DNA of 64,000 nucleotides from an uncultured Gemmatimonadaceae bacterium (GCA_963740355.1 CAVUDW010000003.1:1760001-1824000), one strand, 5' to 3'; shown: positions 37,672 to 47,655, numbered from the stretch's first letter. The notes: generated by a model from the sequence alone, not told the origin. Program-made: numbers and translations.

Positions 37672-37680
37672 CCAGGAGCG

Positions 37681-38001
37681 TCAGAGCCGGTGGAAGACCG
37701 CCTCTTCCACCACCTGCCCCTGCTTCAGATGCTCGACCACGATCCGTTCCAACAGCGCCGGTGTCACGTTGGCGTACCACACGCCCTCCGGGTACACCGC
37801 AATGATCGGTCCGGCAGCGCAGACCCCGAGGCAGGGGGTTTCGCCACGTTTCACTCGCGTCGGCCCGAACAGCAGGTTCTCACGCTGCAGCAGCCGCGCC
37901 AACTCGGAATAGATCCCGCGGCCGCGGCGATCGGGGGAACAGTACGACCCGGTGCAGACGAGCACGTGTCGGGCGTACGGGTCCATCTGGGGGAGCGTCA
38001 T
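37681..38001 (-). CDS. Thioredoxin-like [2Fe-2S] ferredoxin
   Basis: HVLVCTGSYC...CLGVC..GP...VYPEGVWY...IVVEHL. Confidence 0.9.
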   Translation of the reverse strand: MTLPQMDPYARHVLVCTGSYCSPDRRGRGIYSELARLLQRENLLFGPTRVKRGETPCLGVCAAGPIIAVYPEGVWYANVTPALLERIVVEHLKQGQVVEEAVFHRL

Positions 38002-38008
38002 CCGTAGG

Positions 38009-39178
38009 TCAGTGCCGGAAAATGGCGAGCAGGATCTCGAGCACGATCAGCAGCACGATGGCGACTTCCAGCGCCTCGCTCCGCGCCGCCTGCTGCTCGT
38101 CGTTGAGCATGGAGTATGTCTCGCGAATGATTGCGAGCTTCCGATCGATCCCAGCGCGCCAGGTCCGCCCGCGGAAGAGCTCCAGCGCGGAGGCATAAAT
38201 GCGCGCGAGATACACGTCGTCGGTGACCTTGAGCGCATTCTCCACGCGCTCCACCAATTCCGTGCTGTCGGCCACGGTCCGCTGCAGCTCAGCCAGCAGC
38301 GGCGCGAAGCGGCGGCTGAAAAGCGCCAGTTTCCGCGATCCGGGACGCGCCGCCTCGATGCGGTCGTACATCCGCGGTAATTCGGCATCGAGCGTCGCGT
38401 CGTAAAACCGCAGTTCGAGGAGCTGCGCGTTGGCGAACTCGAGGATGAACTGCACATCGGTGTCGACCAGCGAGGCGTCCACGATCAGCGCGTTGTCCCA
38501 CGTCAGCACGGCCAGATCGTCCGAGGTGTAGCTGAAGCGATGCGGCAGCAACTCGCGCATGGCCTCCACGCTCAGGGCGCGCCGGTCATTCAGCAGCAGG
38601 GGCGACAGCAACGTGTTGTGCAACGCCGACGGCTGCACCGACGCCCCCTGCAAGTCGGTCAACTGCGACACACGATAGACGATGTAGTCCTCCGTCTGCT
38701 CGGCGATGGCAGGGCGCTCGATGCAGCTCCGGATGCGTTCGACCAGCGAACGCAGGTGTCCGTCGAGGAGCGACGGGATCACCGCGGCAGCGTCCAGCAC
38801 TTCACCAAAATCGACGAAGCCATGCCAGGTGATCCCCTTCGGCGCAGGAACGCGGGCGCGGAGACTGACCACCCCGAAGTCGAAAATCCTGGCGCTGACC
38901 TCCACCGAAATCCGCTCCCCGCCGAGCACGACCTCCTCGCTGCCGAGGATGACGGTGATCGGTGGATTCGGGATCTGGAGCGCCTGCGCTTCACCCCGAA
39001 CCGGGCGCACCCGTGCCGGGGCCTGGGTGGCGAGCAGTTCCAACACCTGGTCGAGCGAGATCTCGTAGCCGACGTCAAAGAGCCGATAGACGACCGCATC
39101 GCCATCGACCCGGATGGCATCGGCGGAGACGATCGGGCCCTGGACGACGGGAATGGACGACAGCGAATCTCGGAGCAT
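38009..39178 (-). CDS. Hypothetical protein, RMD1/DUF155-like
   Basis: IFDFGVV, LEFANAQLLELRFYD, DVYLARIY, W...IDRKL and a C-terminal TM LEVAIVLLI. Confidence 0.7.
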   Translation of the reverse strand: MLRDSLSSIPVVQGPIVSADAIRVDGDAVVYRLFDVGYEISLDQVLELLATQAPARVRPVRGEAQALQIPNPPITVILGSEEVVLGGERISVEVSARIFDFGVVSLRARVPAPKGITWHGFVDFGEVLDAAAVIPSLLDGHLRSLVERIRSCIERPAIAEQTEDYIVYRVSQLTDLQGASVQPSALHNTLLSPLLLNDRRALSVEAMRELLPHRFSYTSDDLAVLTWDNALIVDASLVDTDVQFILEFANAQLLELRFYDATLDAELPRMYDRIEAARPGSRKLALFSRRFAPLLAELQRTVADSTELVERVENALKVTDDVYLARIYASALELFRGRTWRAGIDRKLAIIRETYSMLNDEQQAARSEALEVAIVLLIVLEILLAIFRH

Positions 39179-39390
39179 GCCCGCAAGTTACCCGCGTACA
39201 CCATCTCGGCTGTTTCATGAATTTGCCATCAGCCGATCGGGACACGCCAACGCTCCCGGTTGCACTGGCGCGAACCAGTCCGATGCGCGAGATAGATGGT
39301 AGAAGCCCCTCGCCCCCGTGCCTACCGAACTCTTTCGGTACACACGAAGCCGAGTGATGACGTCCCGTTCCATCCTAGCTCACGGACCCC

Positions 39391-40299
39391 ATGACGACGA
39401 CCGCACAGCTCCCCGATCCGGCAATTGCGGGGAGAGGGTATGCCAATCCAGAAGTGCTCGTGAGCACCGCATGGCTTGCCGAGCACCTGCTGGACGACAA
39501 CCTGCGCTTGCTGGAGTGTGACGAGGACGTGCTGCTGTTTGATTTTGGCCATATCCCCGGCGCGCAGAAGATCGATTGGCATACCGACCTGAATGATCCG
39601 GTGATGCGCGACTACGTCTCGCGCGAGCAGTTTCAGGCGCTGTTGCGTCGACTTGGCATCAGCGAGGACTCGCTGGTGGTGTTTTATGGCGACAAGAACA
39701 ACTGGTGGGCCGCTTATGCCTTCTGGGTGTTCCATCTCTTCGGCTTCACCAACACCCGCTTGCTGGATGGTGGCCGGATGAAGTGGGAGCTCGAAGGTCG
39801 GCCGCTGGTCACGGATCGCACGGTGCACCCGGCATCGACGTTCGTGGCGCAGGAGCGGGAGGATGCCAGCATTCGTGCATTCCTCCCGGACGTGCTGGCG
39901 CACTCGAAGGCTGCCGGACAACTGGTGGACGTACGCTCGGTGCCCGAATACACCGGCGAGAAGCTCCACATGCCGGAGTACCCGCAGGAAGGGGCGATGC
40001 GGGGCGGCCATGTGCCTGGCGCACGGAGTGTCCCGTGGGCACGTGCGGCGAACGGCGACGGCACGTTCAAGTCGGCCGATGAACTGCGCGCGATCTACGA
40101 GACGGAGCAGAAGCTGCGCGCCGATCAGCCGACGATCACCTACTGCCGCATCGGTGAGCGGTCATCGCACACCTGGTTTGCCCTCACCTACCTGCTTGGC
40201 TACCGTGACGTGAAGAACTACGACGGCAGCTGGACGGAATACGGCAATGCCGTGCGGACTCCGATCGTCACCGGCACTTCGCCTTCGGCGCAATCCTGA
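39391..40299 (+). CDS. Tandem-domain rhodanese sulfurtransferase (SseA/CysA-like)
   Basis: LVSTAWL, GHIPGA, LDGG, active-site YCRIGERS and YDGSWTEY. Confidence 0.93.
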   Translation: MTTTAQLPDPAIAGRGYANPEVLVSTAWLAEHLLDDNLRLLECDEDVLLFDFGHIPGAQKIDWHTDLNDPVMRDYVSREQFQALLRRLGISEDSLVVFYGDKNNWWAAYAFWVFHLFGFTNTRLLDGGRMKWELEGRPLVTDRTVHPASTFVAQEREDASIRAFLPDVLAHSKAAGQLVDVRSVPEYTGEKLHMPEYPQEGAMRGGHVPGARSVPWARAANGDGTFKSADELRAIYETEQKLRADQPTITYCRIGERSSHTWFALTYLLGYRDVKNYDGSWTEYGNAVRTPIVTGTSPSAQS

Positions 40300-40307
40300 A
40301 CCCAACG

Positions 40308-40772
40308 ATGAGCGACACACCCAAGCTGTTTTCAACGATCCAGCTCGAATGGAAGGGCGATCGACGGTTTGACACGGGACGCCCTGGTGGACCGACCCTT
40401 CGTCTCGATGGCGACGGCGTCACGGGGCAGAGTCCCGTGGATGGACTCATGAGTGCGCTCGCCGCCTGCACGGCTGTCGACGTCGTCGACATCCTGGCAA
40501 AGCGGCGCACGCCCCTGTCGTCGCTCACGATCGACGCCATCGGCACGCGCGCGCAGACCGTGCCGAAGCGCATCGTAGGCGTGCAGCTGACGTACAACGT
40601 GAATGGCGACGGCGTCGAGCGTTTGCACGCCGAGCGTGCCGTCGAACTCGCGATCACGAAGTATTGCAGCGTGCGCGATTCACTCGACCCTGCATTGCCG
40701 ATTCACTACAGCGTCGTGCTCAATGGCGATGCGGGTGAAGTGCAACTCGCGGGCGCCGCGGCAGCGAGCTGA
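40308..40772 (+). CDS. OsmC family protein (YhfA-like)
   Basis: SPVDGLMSALAACTAVDV and TKYCSV motifs. Confidence 0.9.
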   Translation: MSDTPKLFSTIQLEWKGDRRFDTGRPGGPTLRLDGDGVTGQSPVDGLMSALAACTAVDVVDILAKRRTPLSSLTIDAIGTRAQTVPKRIVGVQLTYNVNGDGVERLHAERAVELAITKYCSVRDSLDPALPIHYSVVLNGDAGEVQLAGAAAAS

Positions 40773-40853
40773 CACCGGCGATCGGCACTGACTGTGCGGT
40801 GCTGCGCGGCGACGCGGTATCCGTAGCCGCGCCACTGCGCAGCCGGCCCCAGC

Positions 40854-41264
40854 TCAGTGACGATGCGGGGCGGTGGCGCAGCGATGCAGCGCGGTGCGGT
40901 TGATCCAGTGCGCGGAGATCAGGCATGCCGCGGCGGTGATGACCAGCGACAATTCACCGATGGACGGCGGCACCGACATCGCACGCATGGTGCCGAGCAT
41001 GCAGAGCCCGGTGACGAGCAGCAACAGTGGCGCCCGCTGCTGGTGAATGCGGTATCCCGGCACCAGTGCGAACAGGCCGATCACCAGCGAGACGGCAAGG
41101 AACGCCCACTCGATCCATGACGCGGCAAGGAACGATGCGGCTGGTGCGATGCCGAGCAGCAGCGCCACGACGGCGCAGTGCACGGCGCAGGCGAACGATG
41201 CAGTGGCCCCTGCGACGTCGAGCGTCGAGCGGAGTTGCCTGCTGGATGGATCGGAACGGCCCAT
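40854..41264 (-). CDS. MerC-domain membrane protein
   Basis: LDVAGATASFACAVHC, GYRIH and AHWIN motifs; four TM segments. Confidence 0.85.
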   Translation of the reverse strand: MGRSDPSSRQLRSTLDVAGATASFACAVHCAVVALLLGIAPAASFLAASWIEWAFLAVSLVIGLFALVPGYRIHQQRAPLLLLVTGLCMLGTMRAMSVPPSIGELSLVITAAACLISAHWINRTALHRCATAPHRH

Positions 41265-41328
41265 CGGATCTGCCAGAAGAGGGGACAACTGGTGGCGGCG
41301 GCGGAACCGGCCAGCCATCAGTCAACGT

Positions 41329-41363
41329 GCAATGTAATAGGTAATGATATCAGCAACTGATAT
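41329..41363. promoter_or_regulatory. AT-rich candidate metalloregulator (Zur/Fur-type) operator
   Basis: GCAAT/GTAAT/GCAAC at 12-bp spacing and palindrome ATATCAG-caa-CTGATAT between divergent merC-like and rpmE2. Confidence 0.5.
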
Positions 41364-41540
41364 ACGACTATCAATAAAGCATCGTCACGGCGGAGATGCA
41401 AGGGTCACCGGGATCGCCTGGTGGTGATATGCGGCCAGGCGTAGCTGGCCACTCCCAGTTTGAGCGTGGTCCTGCTACGTTTCGAGGCTTGCCGGGAACA
41501 TGTGCACCCCGGCGCGTGACCTCAAGACGAGTTAGCTGCT

Positions 41541-41783
41541 ATGAAGGACGGCATACATCCCGCGTACCACCCGGTGATCTTCAAGGACGCATCGTCTGGG
41601 TTCGCGTTCGTGACCCGCTCGACGCAGTCCAGCGAGCAGATGATGGAATGGACGGACGGCAAGTCCTATCCTGTCATCACGATGGAAATCACCAGCCATT
41701 CGCACCCGTTTTACACGGGCCAGCAGCGCATGATCGACACGCAGGGTCGTGTCGACCGCTTTAAGAAGCGCTACGCGCGCTGA
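41541..41783 (+). CDS. rpmE2: 50S ribosomal protein L31 type B (Cys-free)
   Basis: MKDGIHPAYHPVIFKD...SHPFYTG...GRVDRFKKRY; no CxxC. Confidence 0.95.
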   Translation: MKDGIHPAYHPVIFKDASSGFAFVTRSTQSSEQMMEWTDGKSYPVITMEITSHSHPFYTGQQRMIDTQGRVDRFKKRYAR

Positions 41784-41814
41784 GTTCAGCGCGGCGGTGA
41801 TGGTCTGATCGAAG

Positions 41815-41852
41815 AAGGGCGGCCGGTGCATCTCTGCACCGGCCGCCCTTTT
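41815..41852 (+). terminator. Intrinsic terminator
   Basis: 16-bp perfect stem AAGGGCGGCCGGTGCA-tctc-TGCACCGGCCGCCCTT ending in a T run. Confidence 0.85.
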
Positions 41853-41877
41853 CGTCATGCCGTGCCCAGCACCCGCA

Positions 41878-42402
41878 CTACTTCAGCTTGAACGTCAGGC
41901 CGAGGTTGAGCGTGGCGGCACCGGCGCCGAGATCCGCGTACAACGCAGTCTTCGGCGTGAAGAAGTACCGACCGCCCGCACGACCGATGACATACAATCC
42001 GCTGCTGTAACCGCAGTTGACGTTGCCGAAGTTCGAGCAGCTGATGTTCTGGAAGCCAAGGCCGGCGCCGAGGAACAGGTCGACCTTGTTGGCCGGATCG
42101 ATCGGGAAGTGATAGTTGAGCGTGGCACCGATCGGGATGTAGCGCACGCTGGCAGCAGAACGCTTCCAGCTGTACACGTCGGCGCTGATCTCGATACCGA
42201 GCAGGCCGTTGCCGAGATCGGGCAACTTCTTGAAGATGTTCTCGTAGCGGCCGCCGAATGAAAGATTGGCGTCGCCGAGATTACCGATACCCACAACGAA
42301 ACCGATATCGGAATAGCCCTTGCTGACCTGCGCCTGTGCAACGGTCGCGCTGCCAAACGTGAGAGCCGTAACCGCAACCAGCGTCATGAACTTTCTGTGC
42401 AT
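41878..42402 (-). CDS. Small outer-membrane beta-barrel protein
   Basis: Signal peptide AQAQ, amphipathic strands, NYHF, C-terminal GLTFKLK. Confidence 0.8.
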   Translation of the reverse strand: MHRKFMTLVAVTALTFGSATVAQAQVSKGYSDIGFVVGIGNLGDANLSFGGRYENIFKKLPDLGNGLLGIEISADVYSWKRSAASVRYIPIGATLNYHFPIDPANKVDLFLGAGLGFQNISCSNFGNVNCGYSSGLYVIGRAGGRYFFTPKTALYADLGAGAATLNLGLTFKLK

Positions 42403-42732
42403 TTGCCTTTCCTGAAACTGAGTGATGGAATTGGAACCGTGTGCGCCGAGCTGTAGCACAGCCCAGCATAGCATGTTCAATGCCGTACGGATCGCCCTCG
42501 GCGGCGTGACGAGCACACAAAGGACAGTCTAGTCGACCGTCCCCCGCCAGACCGCATCCGAGCACCGCGCCACGCCGCACGCGGAACGCGTTGCCACACG
42601 CGTTCAACGCCATCGACCGCCCAGCGCAAACACGAGGGCGGTCGACACCCGAACGCATCGACCGCCCACACACCGATCAACCGCTACTGATGTTTCAGCG
42701 AATTCCGAGCGCGTCGCGCTGTCGCGGCAGGA

Positions 42733-43278
42733 CTACTTGAGCTTGAAGGTCAGCCCAACGCTCAACGTGGCCGAGCCCGCACCAGCATCCGCGTACAGCG
42801 CCATGTTCGGCTTGAGGAAGTACCGCCCGCCGATGCGCCCGATGAAATACACCGCACTGTTCGAGCAGAAGTCCACGTTGCCGGACGGCCCGTTGTACGA
42901 ACAGTTGATGATCTCGTAGCCGAGGCCCGCGCCGAGGAAGGCATCCAGCTTCTTCTTCGGATCGATCTTGAAGTGGTAGTTCGCCGTGGCACCGATCGGC
43001 AGCACTTTCACGCTCGAGCTGTAGACGCCCGCGCTGCTGGAGTAGCTGTAGTAGTCAGCACTCACGCCGATACCGAGCAGACCATCGCCGAGGTCGGGCA
43101 GCTTCTTGAAGATGCGCTCGAATCGACCGCCGAAGGCAATGTTGGCGTTCCCGACGTTGCCCAGGCCCACCACTACGCCGGCGTCCGTGTACCCCAGGCC
43201 CACCTGGGCCTGGGACTGTTCCGCCGACAGCACCAGCATGCCCAGCACCAGCCCCGCACCCACGAGCGCTCTGCGCAT
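42733..43278 (-). CDS. Small outer-membrane beta-barrel protein (paralog)
   Basis: Shares IFKKLPDLG.GLLGI, PIGAT.NYHF and ALYAD.GAG.ATL with its neighbour. Confidence 0.8.
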   Translation of the reverse strand: MRRALVGAGLVLGMLVLSAEQSQAQVGLGYTDAGVVVGLGNVGNANIAFGGRFERIFKKLPDLGDGLLGIGVSADYYSYSSSAGVYSSSVKVLPIGATANYHFKIDPKKKLDAFLGAGLGYEIINCSYNGPSGNVDFCSNSAVYFIGRIGGRYFLKPNMALYADAGAGSATLSVGLTFKLK

Positions 43279-43482
43279 AGTCCCTTCCTCGTCAATCCGT
43301 TTCGTGGCAGGCAGGCGTCCGGCCGTCGTGGCTGGACGTCCCTCGCGTCGCCGCCATGCGGTGCATGGCTACCTGCCCCTCTCCTTACGAAACGGGACGT
43401 TGGAACCCGTCATGGAACCCGTCACGACTGCGCGCAACCGCTGCGGCCGCACTGCACGCCGCACGCGACGACGTGCGCGACG

Positions 43483-43857
43483 TCAGGCGGCCTTGCAGGT
43501 CGTACAGCGCCCGAAGAGCATCACCTCATGCCCCTCCGTCACGAAACCGCTCGGCGCCAGCTTCTGGATGTCGGCTGGGCACCCCTCCACTTCGAACACC
43601 TTGTCGCAGGTGCGACAATGGAAGTGGTGGTGGTGGCCCAGATGCGCCACTTCGTAGCGCGGCGCTTCGCCCGGGACGTCGATGCTGAGAATTTCCCCTT
43701 CATCGACCAGGGTCTTGATCGTGCGATACACCGTCGCGATGCCCATCGACGGGACTTCTGCCTTCGCCGCGTCGAGCACTTCGGCGGGCGACAGGGGCCG
43801 GTGCAGCGCGCTGAACACGCGTCGGATGGCGCCACGCTGCCTGGTATTCCGCTCCAT
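43483..43857 (-). CDS. Fur-family transcriptional regulator
   Basis: TRQR, IATVYRT, HHHHFHCRTC and GRCTTC; GGAGG RBS. Confidence 0.92.
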   Translation of the reverse strand: MERNTRQRGAIRRVFSALHRPLSPAEVLDAAKAEVPSMGIATVYRTIKTLVDEGEILSIDVPGEAPRYEVAHLGHHHHFHCRTCDKVFEVEGCPADIQKLAPSGFVTEGHEVMLFGRCTTCKAA

Positions 43858-43920
43858 CTGTCCTCCGCCCTCAGGCGGCTGGGGGTCGACCTGCTCGCGA
43901 GACCGTTCGTGAGCAGTCAA

Positions 43921-43957
43921 TCTCATTAATGAGAATGATATGATAACGAGAATCGCA
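43921..43957. promoter_or_regulatory. Fur-box-like operator
   Basis: Perfect palindrome TCTCATTAATGAGA overlapping AATGAGAATGATATGATAACGAGAATC hexamer-like repeats, between divergent fur-like and sco genes. Confidence 0.6.
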
Positions 43958-43999
43958 CCCGACCGCGAGTCATCTTCTCAAAACCACTAGCTTCCCGCC

Positions 44000-44572
44000 A
44001 TGCGCGCCACCCTTGGCATCACCGCCCTCGCCCTGCTTGCCGCCTGCGGCACACCCGCCTTCAACGGCGTGGTGCTCGATCCGCCCGAGCCTGCGCCGGC
44101 GCTCCAACTCGCTGATTCGACCGGCGCCCCATTCGATCTCGCGGCACAAAAGGGCAAGGTCGTGCTGATCTTTTTCGGCTACACGCACTGTCCTGACGTC
44201 TGCCCGACCACCCTGCTCGATTGGCGCCACGCGGCCGATTCCCTCGGCGCAGGCGCGGCCGCCAAGGTCCGTTTCGTCTTCGTGAGTGTCGATCCCGAGC
44301 GGGACACCCCTGCCCTCGCGCAGCGTTATGCCGCGCGTTTTGCTCCGGCGTTCATCGGCCTCACGGGAACGCGCCCACAAGTCGATGCCATGCTCGCGTC
44401 GTGGAAGCTGGCGGCATTTCGTGATGGTACGCCCGGCGACACGAGCATGACCTACACCGTGAGCCATCCCTCGCAGGTGTTCGTGGTGGACAGGGACGGG
44501 AAACTCCGGCTCATGCACCGCGCGGGTCTGACGCCCGCACAGATCGCCTCAGACATCAAGGCCCTATTGTGA
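44000..44572 (+). CDS. SCO1/SenC copper chaperone lipoprotein
   Basis: Lipobox LAAC; FGYTHCPDVCP, SVDPERDT and YTVSH motifs. Confidence 0.93.
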   Translation: MRATLGITALALLAACGTPAFNGVVLDPPEPAPALQLADSTGAPFDLAAQKGKVVLIFFGYTHCPDVCPTTLLDWRHAADSLGAGAAAKVRFVFVSVDPERDTPALAQRYAARFAPAFIGLTGTRPQVDAMLASWKLAAFRDGTPGDTSMTYTVSHPSQVFVVDRDGKLRLMHRAGLTPAQIASDIKALL

Positions 44573-45075
44573 ACCGCCACCTACAGATGCGGCCCCGCGT
44601 CGTGACATCGCTCGAGCAGCCCGAGATCACGCCGTCACGCGGCACCGCGCGGCATGCCAGGTCGCTGCTTGCACCGCTGCTGATGTGCGTTGCAACCGCC
44701 TGCAGCGCCAAGGAGAAAGTCGTCGATACCTCGGGGGCGCCGCACATGCGGCCCGCCGAACAAGGTGCGTCGTCGGCGGTCTACTTCATGCTGCGCAATC
44801 CTGGCGCCGACACACTCGTGCTCCACGGTGTCGAGATCGACGTGGCGGGCGACGTCTCGCTGCACCGGTCGATGGAGATGAATGACATGGCGAGCATGCA
44901 CCCCGTCGACTCGATCATCGTCCTGCCGCATGACTCGGTGGCATTTGCCGAGCGCGGGCTGCACATCATGGCGTCCAACATGCGCACCGCGATCAAGGCC
45001 GGCGACACGATCGTGGCTCGGCTGTTGTTCCGACCAGCGCGCGTCGACACCCTGCGCATTCCAGTCCGTGAGTAG
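44569..45075 (+). CDS. Copper chaperone PCu(A)C
   Basis: AVYFMLRN, LH-x10-M and GLHIM motifs; start uncertain. Confidence 0.85.
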   Translation: MNRHLQMRPRVVTSLEQPEITPSRGTARHARSLLAPLLMCVATACSAKEKVVDTSGAPHMRPAEQGASSAVYFMLRNPGADTLVLHGVEIDVAGDVSLHRSMEMNDMASMHPVDSIIVLPHDSVAFAERGLHIMASNMRTAIKAGDTIVARLLFRPARVDTLRIPVRE

Positions 45076-45427
45076 TGCGGTTCGGCGCGGCATGACGGTG
45101 GCGGGAATCGTCGCGCTCACGGCCGTGGCAGCCTGGTGGGGGTGGCCGCGCCCGGCCCTCGACCTCCGCGTCGAACTGGGCGGCCGTGGCGTCGTGGTGG
45201 ATCGCTGGGGTCGCACGACACCGCTGCCAGAGACGCTGTTCGTGGCCGCCACCGGTCGCACCACGAAGGTGCGCCTCGACAACCGCGACACCACCTACCA
45301 GACCCTCGGTATCTTTGGCGCCGCCGCGAACTCGGAACGGAGCTTCAGCGTTCCGCTGCCGGGAGTCTACGGCGGCTACTGCTCGGCTCACGCCGCCAGC
45401 AAGACGATCACCTACGTGGTGCAGTAG
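45068..45427 (+). CDS. Small membrane-anchored cupredoxin-like protein
   Basis: N-terminal TM; VRLDNRD and PGVYGGYCSAH C-terminus; overlaps the PCuAC stop. Confidence 0.6.
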   Translation: MSSAVRRGMTVAGIVALTAVAAWWGWPRPALDLRVELGGRGVVVDRWGRTTPLPETLFVAATGRTTKVRLDNRDTTYQTLGIFGAAANSERSFSVPLPGVYGGYCSAHAASKTITYVVQ

Positions 45428-45462
45428 ATACCTTCAACCTTCACCAGCTGACGAGCCGCATC

Positions 45463-46110
45463 ATGGTTGTCACAGCCGAAGCGAGGCATCGAGAAGAGAT
45501 CGCCAATGCCATCACGCATGGTGTTGGCGCATTGGCGAGCGCTGCAGCCGGAGCGGTGCTGGTGACACTGGCCGCGCAGTCGGGGACACGCCTGCAGTTC
45601 GTGAGCGCGCTGGTGTTCGGCACGTCGCTGCTGCTGCTCTACACCGCATCGACGCTCTACCACGCCATTCCGTCGCAGTCGGCAAAGCGTCGCCTGAAGG
45701 TGTTCGATCACTGCGCGATCTACACGTTGATTGCCGGGACCTACACCCCGTTCGCGCTGATCGGACTGCGCGGCACGGTGGGATGGTGGCTCTTTGGCGT
45801 GGCGTGGGGGCTGGCCGCCCTCGGCATCACCTTCAAGCTGTTCTTCACGGGCCGCTTCAAGCTGTTCTCGACGCTGGTGTACATCGGCATGGGCTGGATG
45901 GCCCTGTTCGCAATTCGGCCGATGATCACGAACATTCCGCTTCCCTCGCTGATCTGGCTTCTGGCCGGCGGCGTGGCGTATACGGCCGGCACGATTTTCT
46001 ATCACAACGAGAAGCTCCGCTATTCGCATGCGGTCTGGCATCTCTTCGTGCTGGCCGGGAGCGTCTGCCATTTCATCGCCGTGATCAGCCAGGTCGTCCC
46101 GACGGCCTGA
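45463..46110 (+). CDS. Hemolysin III/PAQR family membrane protein (TrhA-like)
   Basis: EEIANAITHG, STLYH, DHCAIY..IAGTYTP and HAVWHLFV motifs. Confidence 0.93.
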   Translation: MVVTAEARHREEIANAITHGVGALASAAAGAVLVTLAAQSGTRLQFVSALVFGTSLLLLYTASTLYHAIPSQSAKRRLKVFDHCAIYTLIAGTYTPFALIGLRGTVGWWLFGVAWGLAALGITFKLFFTGRFKLFSTLVYIGMGWMALFAIRPMITNIPLPSLIWLLAGGVAYTAGTIFYHNEKLRYSHAVWHLFVLAGSVCHFIAVISQVVPTA

Positions 46111-46273
46111 GGGCCGCTGCCCGAGTCGGACTCGGGCAGGCGGGGGCAGAGGTGGCGCGGCCCGGGCGATGGGACCGCGCCGGCAATCAACTATCTTTGG
46201 GCGTTCATCTGCGTCCCGTTGATGCTTCGCCTGATTCTCTGCGCGCCCCAGTTGGCGCCGACTGCCTCGCCCA

Positions 46274-47260
46274 ATGACCTCTCCGACTGCCGCGCCGGTT
46301 TCGGCGTTTCTGCGCCACAATTTCCGCCACTTCAATGCCGCGGCCCTGATCGAGGCCGCTGACGGCTACACGGCGCACCTCGCCAGCGGCGGCAAGATGT
46401 TCGTGACGATCGCTGGTGCCATGAGCACGGCCGAACTGGGCGTGTCGCTGGCCGAGATGATTCGGCAGGACAAGATCCACGGCATCAGTTGCACCGGCGC
46501 GAACCTCGAGGAAGATGTCTTCAACCTCGTGGCGCACGATTTCTACGAGCGGATCCCGAACTGGCGCGACCTGACCCCGGAGCAGGAACAGGACCTGCTC
46601 GAGCGGCACATGAATCGTGTCACCGACACCTGCATCCCGGAAATGGAGGCGATGCGTCGGATCGAGAGTGTGGTGCTGGAAGAGTGGATTGCGGCCGACA
46701 AGGTCGGTGCGCGCTACTTCCCGCACGAGTTCATGTACAAGATCCTGCTCTCGGGCAAGCTGAAGGACAGCTACCAGATCGACCCGAAAAATTCCTGGCT
46801 GCTGGCTGCAGCTGAGAAGAACCTGCCGATCATCGTTCCTGGCTGGGAAGATGCCACGTTGGCGAACATGTTCGCCGGCCATGTGATCACCGGCGATGTG
46901 AAGAACGTGCACACGGTGAAGACCGGCATCGAGTACATGATGTTTCTCGCCGAGTGGTACACGCAGGTCACCAAGGACTCGTCGCTCGGCTTCTTCCAGA
47001 TCGGCGGCGGGATCGCGGGCGACTTCCCGATCTGCGTGGTGCCGATGCTCCATCAGGACCTGCAGCGGGACGAAGTGCCGTTGTGGGGGTACTTCTGCCA
47101 GATCAGTGACAGCACCACCAGCTACGGCTCATACTCTGGTGCTGTCCCGAACGAGAAGATCACCTGGGGGAAACTGGGCGTGAATACACCGAAGTTCATG
47201 ATCGAAAGCGACGCCTCGATCGTCGCGCCGCTGGTCTTCGCGCTGGTACTTGGCCAGTGA
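46274..47260 (+). CDS. Deoxyhypusine synthase-like protein
   Basis: AGAMST, TGANLEED, IGGGIAGD, YGSYSGAVPNEKITWGK and ESDAS motifs. Confidence 0.9.
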   Translation: MTSPTAAPVSAFLRHNFRHFNAAALIEAADGYTAHLASGGKMFVTIAGAMSTAELGVSLAEMIRQDKIHGISCTGANLEEDVFNLVAHDFYERIPNWRDLTPEQEQDLLERHMNRVTDTCIPEMEAMRRIESVVLEEWIAADKVGARYFPHEFMYKILLSGKLKDSYQIDPKNSWLLAAAEKNLPIIVPGWEDATLANMFAGHVITGDVKNVHTVKTGIEYMMFLAEWYTQVTKDSSLGFFQIGGGIAGDFPICVVPMLHQDLQRDEVPLWGYFCQISDSTTSYGSYSGAVPNEKITWGKLGVNTPKFMIESDASIVAPLVFALVLGQ

Positions 47261-47655
47261 TGACGCGACGCCTGCTGACCCGTGTGGCGGCATTCGCGCT
47301 GGTCGTTGCCGTGCCGTTGGCGGCTGGCGCGGCAGCGCGGCACCTGAAGCTGATCCGCAGTGAACCGTTGGCGAATGCCCATCTCACCGCATCGCCGACC
47401 GAGGTGAAGCTCTGGTTCACGCAGCGTCCGGAGCTGACCGTGACATCGATCAAGGTCAAGTCGGGCACGGGTGCAGCTGCAGTGGAACGTGCGCTGGCCC
47501 CGTTGGCCCGCGCGGCAGCGGCCAACTCGCCGATCACCGCTCCGATTGGCGCGGCGCTGGCGGCTGGGCACTACGAGATCGTCTGGCGCACCATGGCGCG
47601 TGATGGGCATGTGCTGAACGGTGTGATTCCGTTCGACGTCGGCGCAGCGCACTGA
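47257..47655 (+). CDS. copC: Copper resistance protein CopC
   Basis: Signal peptide then H-LKLIRSEP, LWF and WRTMARDGH. Confidence 0.88.
   Translation: MMTRRLLTRVAAFALVVAVPLAAGAAARHLKLIRSEPLANAHLTASPTEVKLWFTQRPELTVTSIKVKSGTGAAAVERALAPLARAAAANSPITAPIGAALAAGHYEIVWRTMARDGHVLNGVIPFDVGAAH

Noticed and set aside
40854..41264. Mercury resistance locus
   Set aside because: Only a MerC-domain gene; no merA, merR, merT or merP
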